DNA from: Eledone cirrhosa | Lineage: Eukaryota | Direction: 5' to 3' | DNA length: 64,000 nucleotides | Assembly: GCA_964016885.1 (NCBI GenBank) | Contig: OZ024741.1 | Coordinates: 287,122,001 to 287,186,000 of the forward strand | Shown here: piece after piece, positions 1-12,707 of the stretch | Position numbering within the stretch: the stretch's first letter is position 1 | How the letters are laid out: each line of letters starts with the position of its first letter | Position numbers and translations under genes: made by a program | The notes under the pieces: model-generated | The model's input: only the letters and a program-made list of their open reading frames with translations | The model's database searches: none | Told to the model about the DNA's origin: nothing

Positions 1-110
1 CACACATTAATCATATATCACACTATATCATTTATATCTCTCTATATCACTCTATATCACACTATATCATTTATTATTTATATCACACTATATCACACTA
101 TATCATTTTC
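1..110. repeat. Degenerate short tandem repeat (CACACTATAT-like units)
   Basis: Repeated cacactatatca(ttt) motifs with variants. Confidence 0.6.
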
Positions 111-709
111 CACTGTTAATTTACTGCTCAACGCATTCATTTCCAAACAATCAAATCTCTTAACCGTCCCCACATACGTTCCGCCATTGTCAGCCATTCT
201 AATTTTATAACATTAACAGTTTCCTTCTTCAAATGAATTTTGTCTTCTTCTCCACCTATAAATCCTGACAAAGGAGAAATATTAGGAAACGCCGATCTCT
301 CATTTTATAAGTTTACTTCATAGGACATTTCTTCTTTATTGTTTTTATGTTTTTTCTCATACATTGCTTTTTCTATGTATGTTCTTCTGGTTTTATAATT
401 TCACAAATTTTTCCCAATAGAGAGAGAGTCGGTTTCTAATATAGACACAAGACGCTTTCATTGGAATTTACACAACATCAACTAGGTAGATTATGTATGC
501 ATGCATGTGTAGATATGGATGTTATTGTATGTGTGGATGTGGATTTTTCAGTTGTATGTGTGCATGTGTATATGCTTTGTATCTGTACATATGTATATGC
601 AGTTATTAGATGCAAAACTTTTGGAATGTTTTACATATTTTTACTGTTCCATTAATGGATTGTACTTGTAATTTCCTAACTAGTTGTGTTCTTTCTGTTC
701 CTGTGAAGC

Positions 710-3700
710 CTAGCTTCTCAAGATTTGTATTGAGGCAGTTACTAACATATCCCAGTGCCCCATAAGCACAGGCATAAATCTGAAGGTGTAATCAGGGTGG
801 AGTATCTGCAGATTTCTCATCAGTTCTGCATAAATAATCTCCTTTTTGCTAATCTTTGATATTATATTGGCATCTGCTGGGCAGCTAATTTCCACTACTG
901 TGCATGCTTTCTTTTTCCTGTCCCATATCATAATATCTGGTCGGTTATGCCTGCATTTTATTGGGTTTTTTACTGGAACATTCCACCAGTACTCTTTCAT
1001 ATTATGTACATGGATGTCTTCCACATTGCTGTAGCTTTTAATGTGATTATTATCGGGGCTATCTTTTTTACGAACTGCATTGTACAGTGTTTTGGCCACA
1101 ACATCATGCCTCATAGGTAGATAGTACCGCGATGACATCTTTGGACAGCTGCTGATGACATGGGTGATATCCTCGATGTTAGTTCTGCAGAGTCTGCACT
1201 TGTTATCACATCTAGGTGTTTTGCCTGCATCTCTATCTCTTTTGTGAATCAGGTATTTCGTATTAATCTCCCGTTCTTGGATTGCAAAAGCGTATCCTTC
1301 AAAGTGGGAGCCAATATAGCGATTGTTGGTCCAAGATAGACTTCTTTCCTTATCTATATTACTCTCACTCTGGAGCTTCCTGGCAACATATCCATGCATG
1401 ATTTTTTGCTGATAAGCATGCAGTTTTCATCCATGGATTCACTGCGATACTGCTGAGCGACATCCCTGGGTGTGAGTTTTTGATTATCATACAGGGAATA
1501 TCTCTCGAGGAGTTCCTTCCCATCTCTCCTGATCTTATCAGGTAGACTTGCTCGAGAGACTGACTCCTACGCTTCGAGGTTCGTAGATGTCGGAGAGATA
1601 TGATACGACATTCAAATGCTGTCTGGACTGATGTTAAGCCTCTGCCTCCCTGCTTACGTTTCAAGTAAAGGCGGTCTATGATACTGTTGATGTGGAAGTT
1701 TCCGGTGTTGTTTAGTATTTTTCGAGTTCCAACATCAACTGCTCGGATTTCGTATATCGTCCAATTGATTCCAAACGATGGTGTTAGGACAGGCACCTCA
1801 AACACATTGTGAGTCACTGTTTTGTTTTGCGCAGAGAATTTCGATGACGAAATATTTCTTAATCGGGTGTAGTATTCCCTGGTTACGTATTCCTTACTAC
1901 AGATACCATTATAGGATATGTTCTCATCTAACGCCGGGTATCTGTAGCAGTCCTCATCAGATATCGGTGAAAGAGTTAGGCCATTGATGACAATGTTGCT
2001 AGATTGGGTTGTTGTTTTTCCCCGCTTTACACTCATGTATGAGCATTTATCTTGGCCAAACTCCATTCCTATATCCTTTGAGAACGTTGTAACCAGGTCA
2101 AGATTTTTCTTCATCCCATCCATATTCTTGGCATAGAGTTTCAGATCGTCCACAAAGAAATTATGGATTAGGTTCGTATTTCTGTCCTCCTGTGAGCCAA
2201 TGATGTATCCCAAATGTTTCTTGAGGAGAAAGGACAAGGGGCTTAATGACAAGATGAATAATATCACAGAGAGACTGTCTCCCTGAAATATACCCCTGCA
2301 ATATCTTATTTTATCAGTGAAAATAGAGTCCTCCCTCTATGTCTTTAACCTTAGGATAGTATCCCAAGAAGAAGACAGCCTCTCTATGGCTCTGACAATA
2401 ATGTCTGGGACTTTACCAAGTTGGAAGGCCTCTATCATCCAAGAGTGGGGAACAGAATCGAAAGCTTTCCTGTAGTCCAGCCAGACTGTAGTCATATTCC
2501 TCCTAAGTTGTTCCACCTCCGACATCGCAGTTTTGTTGATTAGGAGTTGTTCAGCACATCCCCAAACCCCTTTCTTTCCAACTGCTTGTTCATCTGTGAT
2601 GATGTTATTATTTTCACAGTGATCTTGGAGGAATAGGTTCAGGCAGGCTGTATACATCTTATACATCAGGTTCTGGCATGCAATGGGTCGGTAGTTTTTT
2701 GCCAAGTGGGTGTCTTTGTTCTTGGGGACCAGTAATGTTTGTGCTAATGTCAACCATTCTGGTATAAGTGTATTTCCCTTAAGAACTTGTTGGTAGAGGT
2801 CAGTAAGATACCTCCGATAGAATATCAGTTTTTTGTACCAGTAGCCGACAATCATGTCTCTTCCTGGTGTTTTCTTCTTCGAGTTTTTCTATCACAGTCT
2901 CAAGGGTACCCTCACTTATTTCGTATGTTTTTGTTGTAGTGTAGGAGCAATAGTTCTTTCGGATTTCTCTTAGCCACACTGCATCTTGGTTGAAATTCTT
3001 CTTTTTATCCCATATTTTGCTCCAAAAGGAATCTATGTCTTTCTGTGACACTTATTATTTTGTTCTTCATATCTCTATAGACTGATGTTTGGTTTCGTTT
3101 GAATCTTTTATTAAGCACTTTTCTCTCATCTACCTTCTTCAGGTATCGGCGTTTTTCGCTAACAGCTCTCAATTCTTGTTTGAGATTGATCAGCTTATAT
3201 TGAAGGGTTCTGGTTCTACTGTTACCAAACATTGTCTCTATTTTATTTTTCACTCTTTGTTGGTGAGGAGTGAGGTTTTTTTGTGTTTGTTTGCATGTAA
3301 GGAGCATTGTCACATGTCCTATGGTTTTTTGTAGGTCAGCAGTCTTTTTTTCTATTTTAGTTATATATGACGGTATCACTAAGATAATGCTTCACTGTCG
3401 TTGCTAAGGCATATAAACAGGCGTTGATTTGCCAAAATGTTGGGGTTTTTATCCGTCGTAAATATTTATCCCCTATTTCGTCAATAACACGTAACATTTT
3501 ATTATTTGGTTTTTTATTCACCATTGTTATTTTAACACGTTCAGCAAGAGAGATATTTATACATGAATAAATTTCTCTCTGGAAGATTTCGTTGAGGGAA
3601 ATTTTCAATTGTTTATAATTTTGATTATTATCATTATCGATAATATTTTCCACAACAGTCGAGGTAGACTCGGATGGTATACGTGGTGTCAAATTTCTTC

Positions 3701-4199
3701 GATTATTATTATTATTTCTTCGATTATTATTATTCGAGGTAGACTTATATGCTACAGGTGGTGTCAAGTTTCTTACAGGCATAGTTGTTTCAAGGCGCTG
3801 TTCGACCTTGCTGCTAGGAAGTCTAGTAACATGGCGACCTGTAGCACGTGTTGTTGATCCCATGTTTGTTGTGGGGGACTTATAATTAATACTATTTATC
3901 TTATTTTTACGTTCAACAAACATCGCTTGTTGGCGTAATTGTTTCGCTGTGAAATAATTTAGCTCTGGGTGCATTTCGTCCCAGTGTAGCTTCGTTCTGT
4001 TCATATAGTCAACGGAGGGATTGTTTTTTGCCATTTTATAACAATTAAATAAATTATTATTAAGTTCGCAACTCCAAGAGAAATGCGATTTATAATTTCG
4101 GTTTCTTCTGTAGCTACAACTGAATAAAATTTGTTTACCTCTCTTGTTGTTTGTCTTCGCTCCTTCCTTAAATTTGTTGTTGATGTTGTGTTCAGCCAT
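710..4199 (-). mobile_element. Frameshifted R4/Dong-clade-like non-LTR retrotransposon (RT + CCHC + restriction-like endonuclease)
   Basis: Collinear minus-strand ORF pieces 3357-4199, 3005-3379, 2800-3051, 2337-2855, 1365-2267, 710-1399. Motifs: NYRPIAC, WLDYRKAFDSVPH, FFVDDLKLY, RLYLKRKQGGRGL, CRLC..EDITHVISSC, RHDVVAK, RPDIMIWD..VVEISCP. Confidence 0.9.
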
Positions 4200-4424
4200 G
4201 CTGTTTGTAGAAAATCCTTGTAAAATGAATTATGTATTTAGTCGGATATCTCTACGAATTCGAATAAAAGGTGTCTTCAGAAGATATAGTTAGAAGAATA
4301 ACCAGTTATTCAAGCTGACTGTAGTTGTGGCATTACTGTCGGAGATAGTATTCATCTTAAATTTAATAAATAGTCTCCCACGCCAAAATATGCGACTGAT
4401 CGCGTTGACTGTATAGTATGCATG

Positions 4425-4661
4425 TATTGTATGTATGTTGACTGTAGAGTATGTATGTGTGTATGTATGTATATATATATATGTATGCATGTATGTACTT
4501 ATGTATATATGCATGTACGTACGTATCTATGTATACACCCCCCCCACACACATATATATATATATATATATATTAGAGTTTCTACTTTGGGCAGCGATTA
4601 CCTCAGTGCATCACTGGTACTTTATTTTTATGTATAGGAGTATACATATGTATATATATAA

Positions 4662-4722
<61 letters not shown>
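4425..4722. repeat. Mixed (TA)n/(TG)n microsatellites
   Basis: Direct reading. Confidence 0.9.
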
Positions 4723-4725
<3 letters not shown>

Positions 4726-4797
4726 AAGTTATATTTAAAATTGTTGGGTTACAACTAGTAAATATTTATAACTGATATAAAAGCACTCGACAAATAT

Positions 4798-6432
4798 TTG
4801 CCAGTGAGATTGATCGCACCTTCAAAATCGGACCTGGGAAAATTAAGTGAAAGCATTCTTGACAGGGTGATACTGCAAATTAAGAACTTGGATTGTGTAT
4901 CTAACCTGAGCTTGTGGAAGGGAACTGGAGAGGTTGTTGAGTGGTTTAGGCAAATTAAATATGACAATAATAATAGGTTTATTCAACTTGATATAGCTAA
5001 CTATTATTCTTCTATTACCCCTAGTCTACTAAATAGGGCACTAAATTACGCATTCAAACATACGGACCTAACTAGCAAAGAAATGCATATTATATTATCG
5101 GCTAGGAAAACTCTGATAGAATTTAATGACAAATTATGGACTAGAGCAGATAGAGATAGCAATTTTGACATAACTATGGGATCTTCCGACTCAGCTCAGG
5201 TAACTGACCTTGTGGGCTTATTTTTAATCAATTCGCTACATAGGAAAATACCTGGTACTACCGGAGGTTTATATAGGGATGACATGCTTTTACTTATTAA
5301 TAATAATAACCCTGAACTAAATAGAAAATGTAAACAAATTACAAAATTTTTTAATTACTTTAACCTTAAAATAGAAATTGAGAACAACCATAGAATAGTC
5401 AATTTCCTAGATATAACATTAAATCTCAACACATGTCTCCACTATCCTTTTCACAAGTTGAATGAAAACTTAAACTATGTCAACTTTAACTCTAACCACC
5501 CCAGATCTGTCAAAAACACTATAGTAAACTCAGTCCAAAAACGTATCTCTAGGATCTCGTCGAATAAAAAGATTTTTGACGAAAAGGCCCAATACTATAA
5601 TGATGCACTAGCTAGGGCAGGGTATGCTGATAAGATTGTATACATAGATAATGATAGACAAACTAAACAAAGTAACAACTTTTTTAATTACGGCAACAAC
5701 ATTAACAACTATAATAGAAAGCATTACAATAATTCCAAAGGACAAAAAAGAAATAGAACTAGGAACATAATTTGGTTTGCCCCCCCTTTCTCACTAAACA
5801 TTAAAACCCACATCGCTAAATTATTTTTCAAAGCTCTTGATAATCGCTTCCCTAGAACACATAGGTATCACTCAATCTTCAATAGGCATACAATTAAATT
5901 AACCTACTCATCCACCAAAAATTTAGCACAAAATATTAATAGAATAAATAATAGGAACTTAAAACCTACTGATAATAGCATAAATAATATACAAGTTAAC
6001 AAATGTAACTGTAGAGATAGATCTAAATGTCCGTTAAATAACAACTGCTTAGTTAAAAATATAGTATACAATTGTAATGTTAATACTGACTCTAATTCTT
6101 TTAACTACGTCGGTTCCACATCGACGGAATTTAAACTTCGCTATAATAACCACAAGAATTCTTTCACAGACCCAAATAAAAAATCTTTAACGGCACTATC
6201 AGGGGTACTCTGGCAACTTAAGCTAGATAACGTTAGATATTCGACGGCTTGGAATATAGTCTCAAGAGGGATTCCTTTTAATTCATCCTCTGAGACATGT
6301 GACCTCTGTGCAGAGAAGATATTCTTTATACTAAAATCTAAAAACTCCCTTAACCTACGGACAAATTTATTCAGTTGTTGCAAACATAGATTAAACTCAA
6401 CGTTTAAATATAAATTTAAATTTAAAATGTAG
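4798..6432 (+). mobile_element. Penelope-like element family A, 5'-truncated, open RT + C-terminal GIY-YIG ORF
   Basis: FIQLDIANYYSSI, FDITMGS, GLYRDD, VNFLDITL, SNHP, CNC..CPL..C linker, NIVY..YVGST..FKLRYNNH (GIY-YIG), CDLC..LN.R..CCKH. Begins just after a TA run. Confidence 0.9.
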
Positions 6433-6619
6433 TATATTTAGTTTGATTTATATTTATATGAGAACTAGCCGATAAATCTTTTGATTCCTAAATCTTTGAT
6501 TCCCTCGTTTTACTCTTTTTATTGTTTATTTTATTTTATTTATTTTTATTTTTATCTAAACATTCCTCATGAAAAATTAAGCTACCCTAAAAGCCGATGC
6601 TCCAAATTTTTTGAATTAA

Positions 6620-6819
6620 NNNNNNNNNNNNNNNNNNNNNNNNNNNNNNNNNNNNNNNNNNNNNNNNNNNNNNNNNNNNNNNNNNNNNNNNNNNNNNNNN
6701 NNNNNNNNNNNNNNNNNNNNNNNNNNNNNNNNNNNNNNNNNNNNNNNNNNNNNNNNNNNNNNNNNNNNNNNNNNNNNNNNNNNNNNNNNNNNNNNNNNNN
6801 NNNNNNNNNNNNNNNNNNN
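6620..6819. other. Assembly gap (200 N)
   Basis: Run of n. Confidence 1.
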
Positions 6820-9742
6820 GTGCCGTATTGTTGTTATGAGTTGCGATTTAGATTTTTGAATGGGACGGATAGCACGGGGCCCAAGCCTTGGGTGTATCTT
6901 GAAGGCGATGCCAACATCATTTGGGCAGTGATGATGGAACATTTTCCACATCATGCAGATAATATAACGCTCACGGCGACGTTGGAGTGAGTAAAGTTTC
7001 AGGTTTTCTAATCGACCCCAGTAGTCAAGGTCTGACATGCCATCTATCTTTTTCGTGATTGCCCTTTGAGGAGCTTCAAGTTTCATGATACTTTGTTTCG
7101 TGTGGGGAGACCACAGTGGACAACAGTATTCAAGGTGTGGTCGGGCGAAAGTAGAGAAGAGAAGGATAATGGTGCGGGAATCTCTCGACTGGAAGGTTCT
7201 GAGGATCCAGGAACACATTCTGCGGGCCATGTCAACTTTGCTGCTTATATGCGTGGTCCAGCTTATGTTGCTGTCCACGGTTACTCCCAAGTCTCTGATG
7301 TTGTTAGATGCCACGAGAGTTTCCCCGGAGGGAAGGGAGTACGGGAGTTTCAGAGCATCCTCTTTTCCAAAGTGGATCAGTTCGAATTTGTCTTCGTTCA
7401 GTAACATGTTGTTCTTTTCTGCCCATTGGGTAACAGCCAGTAGGTCTGACTGAAGGCTTATCCGGTCATCCACGCCATTGATGACCTTTTGGAGCTTGGA
7501 ATCATCAGCGAAAATTTTAATGTTGCTGTGTTTGATGATGTCAGTGATGTCATTAATATAGATGATGAAGAGAAGTGGGCCCAACACAGTGCCTTGTGGG
7601 ACCCCACTACTGACTTTGGCTGGGCTTGATTTGACTCCCTCAACAACAACATGTTGGGTTCTGTTTGACAGGAAGCTCTTGATCCACTGCAGCAGCTTTC
7701 CAGTGACACCAATATTGGACAGCTTTCTCAGTAGAATGTTATAATCAACCCTGTCAAAGGCCTTGCTGAAATCAAGGTAGATAACATCAGTGTTGGAACC
7801 CTCTCCCAAGGCTCTCAAAATGTCATCAAAGTGATGCAGTAGCTGCGTCAGGCAATCCCTTCCATTACGGAATCCATGCTGGTTGGAGTTCAGCATATTG
7901 TTACTCTCAAGGAAGTGGGTCATTCGCGATCTCACCACTCGCTCAAATACCTTAATGATATGAGAGGTGAGTGAGATTGGACGGTAATTCACGGCAAGGG
8001 ATTTGTTTCCCTTTTTGAAAACTGGGACAACAGACTGGGATAGAAGGTTTTCTGGCACATATCCAGCATCCAGTGAGTTCCGCCATAGATTGGCAAGAGG
8101 AGATGCAAGTTGGTGTTGACACGCCTTCAAGACACAAGCAGGGAACCTATCGGGACCTACTGCTGAATTATGCTTGATTTCCTTTATTGCCGCCAAGACA
8201 TCAGGGGCGCCAAACGTTATGTCCGATAAGGTGTAATGGGGAGTAACATCGCCGATACAGCCCAGATCGGCCATATCAGGATTGCTGAAAACAGCAGTAT
8301 TGTTTCTGCAGTATCTCACCCATGGTTTTAGCATTGTCTTGAAGAGTGCCATTTTCATCAATTAGAGGGCCAACAGTAGAGCCAGTGATTTTGTGTTTTT
8401 TTGCAAATGAAAAGAACACTTTGGGATTGAGTTTGATCTTCTCAATGGCCCAGGCCTCTTCAGCTCTTCTCTGATTGTTGATGAGGGACATTATGTTGTT
8501 TTGGAGGTTATGTTTTTTAATCTCTAGTGATGAAATGGCAGTCAAGTTGATGTGTTGCTGCTGACAGTATTTCAGCTTGTTGATTTTTTTGTTCGTTCTC
8601 TTAATTTTTCTGATGAGCGTTTTTCTATTTCTAGGGATTCTGCTCTTAGATTTGTTTATAGTTCTTAATGGGGTGTGTTTAGCACATATGTTTGTAACAG
8701 TGTCCACAAATGTCTGCCAGGACTTTTTGATGTTAGTGGGTGTATGAGTGTGCGTGAAGGACCAGTCGACATGTGCAAGATCATGACTGATCGCTTCCCA
8801 GTTTGCATTGTGGAAATCCATAGCGTCAAACGGATGGACAGGAGAGATGACATTGGGTTTGTATATTGGACGGTGGAATCTCAGATCACAGAGAACCATG
8901 TCATGATCAGAGAGTAGAGTTTTCTCCACTGCAATATTGTGGATATTGTCAGTGTGATTGCTGAAAATTAAGTCTAGGACGTTTTTGTGGCACCTCGTTG
9001 GTTCGAGCACCAGTTGGGATAGGAAGAAATCATCCATGAAGTCAAGAAGCGATTCCACAGCTTCCCTGTCAGAGGTTGAGGCAGAAGAACCTGGTGGCAG
9101 GCTGTTTGTGGACCAGTCAACTCCGGGGAGGTTGAAGTCCCCCATCATTAAGATGTTGTCAGGGTGACACTCTTGGATGAAACACTTTATGCTGTTGAGG
9201 CATTCCTTGAAGCATGGTACAGGCGTTTGGGGTGGCCTATAGAGCCCAACTACTAATAGGTTGTTGGTTTGACTGAATACAGTGACTGCTTCACAGTATC
9301 CATTAGTGAATATGTTCATAGCCTCTGTTGAGAAAGAATTATGGACATAAATGGCAGTTCCGCCCTTTCTTCTGCCAGCGCGATCAGCACGGATGGCTTT
9401 GAAATTTTTCACTTTCACCTCGGCTTCCAAGTGGAGGTTACTGAGATGGGTTTCAGTGAGGACGAAGAAAGGGATGTGGTTTGGATGGACATCAATCCAG
9501 TCCTCCAAGAATTTGATCTTCCATTTTTGAGTATTGGTGGAAGGGCTGATGCCTTGGGCGTTAAGCAAAAATGTAGAGGCGAGAGTGGATGGTTTTAATT
9601 GTTTTGGTGTGTTGTTAATTTGTTTGTTTGTTAATGGCAGCAATGGGAGTTTGTGCAGTGGGGTGATAGTGGAGGGTAGTGCTGGGTGATAGCTCGAATG
9701 TTTTTTTCCAGTTCTTTTGCCAGATTCATTATGGCTAAACAA
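6820..9742 (-). mobile_element. CR1-group LINE ORF2 (APE endonuclease + RT), one frameshift near 8280-8360, 3' end lost in the gap
   Basis: EN: LLNAQGI, LTETHL, GDFNLP, LDLIF, SDHDMV. RT: NYRPISLTS, QHGFR, YLDFSKAFDRV, SGVPQGTVLGP, FADDSKL, LEYCCPLWSPH, LYSLQRRRER. Confidence 0.9.
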
Positions 9743-10632
9743 GAGGAAGAAGTTTCCTGTTTAGAAGACTGTTGGTGACTGTGGTAGTGGTTATTTTTAT
9801 GTAGGTTATGGTTTTTGTTTTTGCTTTTATTTTTAATTTTATTTTCATTTGTCCGACGGGTCCTCGGGAGATGGGTAAAGGGACAATCCCGGTCTAAACA
9901 CAATCTGTCTCGCAGGGAAAAACGGCAGATTTGTGGATTCCTTGTTTGAGTTATTGGTGGTTGTGTTGGTGTTAAATTAGAGTATGTATTATGGTGGTGG
10001 CTGTTTGTGGGGATAGATCGTTTTGTCCTAGGTAAATGGGTGAATTTGCAGCCACTATCCGTACATATTCTATAGCGTAGAGAGTAGCGGCAAATGATGG
10101 GGTTTCGAGTGGGTGGGTATGTGGGTGTGTGTGTTGTGAGAGGTGTAGATGATGGTTTGGGTAGGATTTGACGACCTTTGTGGACTGTGGGAGGGAGAGT
10201 TCTTGTACTGGTATTAGAAGGTAAATTCCTTGACATAGCAGTAGACAAAAATGTTGTAGTAGTAGTAGTAGGCAGAGATGTTGGCAGTGGTGATGATTGG
10301 ACTGCTGGGCCAGAGAAAGGATGTGGCGTTTCATGCTGTGAGACAGAGGCTACTGGGGGGTCAATAGTTTCATTTAGTAGATCGGCCATTGTTGATGAAT
10401 CAAGGAGTGGTTCACACTGTTGTTGTCGTTGTTGTTGCTGTTGTTGATGTTGTTGTTGTAGCTGTTGTTGTTGTTGCTGTTGTAGCTGCTGTTGTTGTTG
10501 TTGCTGCTGCTGCTGGACAGCATTCGAAGAGAAAACACACCGTAGTTTATCCAAATGTTTATTGATTAATTTAAAAGCAATTTCGATTTGCTTTAATTTA
10601 TTTTGAATCTGTTGTTCAGATCGAGTTTTCAA
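9631..10632 (-). CDS. ORF1 of the same LINE: coiled-coil/polyQ region and two CCCH zinc fingers
   Basis: Upstream of and overlapping ORF2. CRYSLRYRICTDSGCKFTH and CRFSLRDRLCLDRDCPFTH (Cx8Cx4Cx3H). True start codon uncertain. Confidence 0.7.
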   Translation of the reverse strand: MKTRSEQQIQNKLKQIEIAFKLINKHLDKLRCVFSSNAVQQQQQQQQQQLQQQQQQQLQQQHQQQQQQRQQQCEPLLDSSTMADLLNETIDPPVASVSQHETPHPFSGPAVQSSPLPTSLPTTTTTTFLSTAMSRNLPSNTSTRTLPPTVHKGRQILPKPSSTPLTTHTPTYPPTRNPIICRYSLRYRICTDSGCKFTHLPRTKRSIPTNSHHHNTYSNLTPTQPPITQTRNPQICRFSLRDRLCLDRDCPFTHLPRTRRTNENKIKNKSKNKNHNLHKNNHYHSHQQSSKQETSSSCLAIMNLAKELEKNIRAITQHYPPLSPHCTNSHCCH

Positions 10633-10807
10633 AAATTGAACTGTACGTTTAGCAATGTCGTTCAGAGATGAAGCATCTATATCTTCTGTTTGGGAAAGGC
10701 AATGCCATGTGTTTATTAGAATGTATATGTATATATATATATATATAGCGGCGATGAATTAGTTTTGCGAGGTTTTTTATATGAAATCGTGTGTCGAAAC
10801 AGATATT

Positions 10808-12707
10808 GTTATATTTGGGGAGGGTCATATTTGCGTAATATTGCCAGAATTAATAACAGAACACACTCACTGTTTGGTTGGTTTTCGCTTCTCGCTGTCT
10901 TTTATATATATATATCTGCGATCTAACTTACTCGGTCCTCAATGTTGCCATTGACTGACCGGCGGTCAAAAATAATACAGATACAATATAGACAAACACA
11001 TATATATATAGTTTACATAAATCTTTCGTTGCACATCTGCAACATCGTCAGTGGTGTTATATTCATTGTTCCTCCTGTTGTGTTGTATGTCTACGCCATT
11101 TTTTTTGTTCAGTCTGTCTATATATTTATTTATTTATTTGCTTGTTTGTTTATCTTATTTTATTTTGTCTTCTTTGCGCATGCGTTTGCGTGTGTGTATA
11201 GTGTTATGTGTGATGTGTGACTAGTGTGTATAGTGTTGTGTCTGCTGGGTGACTAGTGTGTGTTTATGTGCTTGTGTATGTATTTATTTATCTTATTTTA
11301 TTTAATTTAATTTACTTATTTATTTATACTTCTCTTAGGTCAGTGTTGTTTGTTTGGGTGTTGTTGTTGTTCCACTCATTCTTTCTGTTTAGCTTTGGTC
11401 TTCTAATTTCTATTTCACTGGCCTCTCTGATTTGCCTATCTGCTGGGTCATTCCTATGTTTAGATATTATTCTAATTTCTATGTTGTCTATGTTACCGTC
11501 ATGATGTTGTCTAGCATGTTCGTATAGTACTGACCCGTTTTTTCGTCCTTTTAGTTCCCCCCAGTGTTGGTCTATCCTTTCACCTATGCTACGAGCTGTC
11601 TCACCTATGTATGTTGTTGTCGTGTTTCTGCAAGTACCCTCTGTACATCTTATGCTATAGACTACGTTTCTAGTTTTACAGTTTATCCGGGGGTTCACCT
11701 TACATATGATACATTTCCTATTGGTACAGTGGGTTTTCTTAAAAGGGTAGGTTTTGCTGATCAGGGATTTTATGGTGGTTCCTGGCTTTTCTACCACCTT
11801 TATTTTTAAGTGGGTCTTTCTCAGGGCCTTTCTACACTGGTTAGCTAATTTCCCTCCAGGGGTGGCGTCCACAAACATGACACTCTGATATCTCTGGTTG
11901 TCGTACCATGATGTGGCCTTCCCTATCTTATGTCTAGCCCTATCTAAGCTATTCCATGATTTGCTCCTGTATAGTGGGCAAATTCCTTTCATGTCCAGTT
12001 CTATGAGGGTCTTATACTTTTCCATGGCTCCTTCGTATACTCTGACTCTGTCTCTTTGGTTGTAGCCAGAGAACTGCATGCGGTTGATGAAGTGTTGGAT
12101 GTGTCCTTCCATTTCTGTTGGGTCGCACATGCTGGACACATTCTTCATCACTCGTACCAAATCTGCGATCAGAATATTAAACTTAGCACTACTGGACATT
12201 GCTGAGTTTTTGAGTATCAGGTATTTGGAGGCCATGGGTTTAGCATAGTGTGAGTGGAGAATTTGGGCTCTCTCGTCTATAGTGTTAATCCAGAGTTCTG
12301 TGTCTAATACAGGTAGTCTATTGTTAGGGTGTTTGGAAGGGAAGTCTATAGTTACAGTTATACTCTGGTGTATGGAATTAGCTATCTGCTGGATGCTTTC
12401 CATCGTGCTACGTTCTAAATCAAACTTGTTAGTGCTCTCTAGTGGGGGTGTTCTTATAACTATATTGATATCGTCTACATAACGAGAGTACATGATGAGG
12501 TCTATGGAGCTTTCATTAAGGAGATCTTTAAGTCTCCTTTCCCACCATACCATGAAAAGGTTGGCAACATCGCCAGCTATGCTGACGCCGATGGCTGCTC
12601 CCTCATTTTGGGTGTAGATTTTCTCATTGAACTTAAATATGTGGCCCTTTAGGGTAGTTTTGATACTAGCCCCTATAGCATGTGCGACCATTTTTCTTAC
12701 CTGATCA
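10808..12707 (-). mobile_element. Penelope-like element family B, inverted 5'-truncated copy (ORF 11324-12691)
   Basis: Reverse complement of 12964-14863 (paired coordinates sum to 25671 wherever checked, no indel seen). GAAIG, YSRYVDD, VVY..YIGETARS..ER..QH. Confidence 0.93.
11006..11062 (-). ncRNA. Minimal type I hammerhead motif in PLE-B 3' UTR/pLTR
   Basis: Mirror image of 14609-14665. Confidence 0.55.

Noticed and set aside
6560-6619. Hammerhead-like CUCAUGA..GAAU at the PLE-A 3' end
   Set aside because: Two core mismatches and truncated by the assembly gap.
6481-6990. ORF spanning the N run
   Set aside because: Artefact of gap translation.
12680-12707. N-terminus MCDHFSYLI of the 555-aa ORF
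   Set aside because: Derived from the inverted arm across the junction and not a real start.
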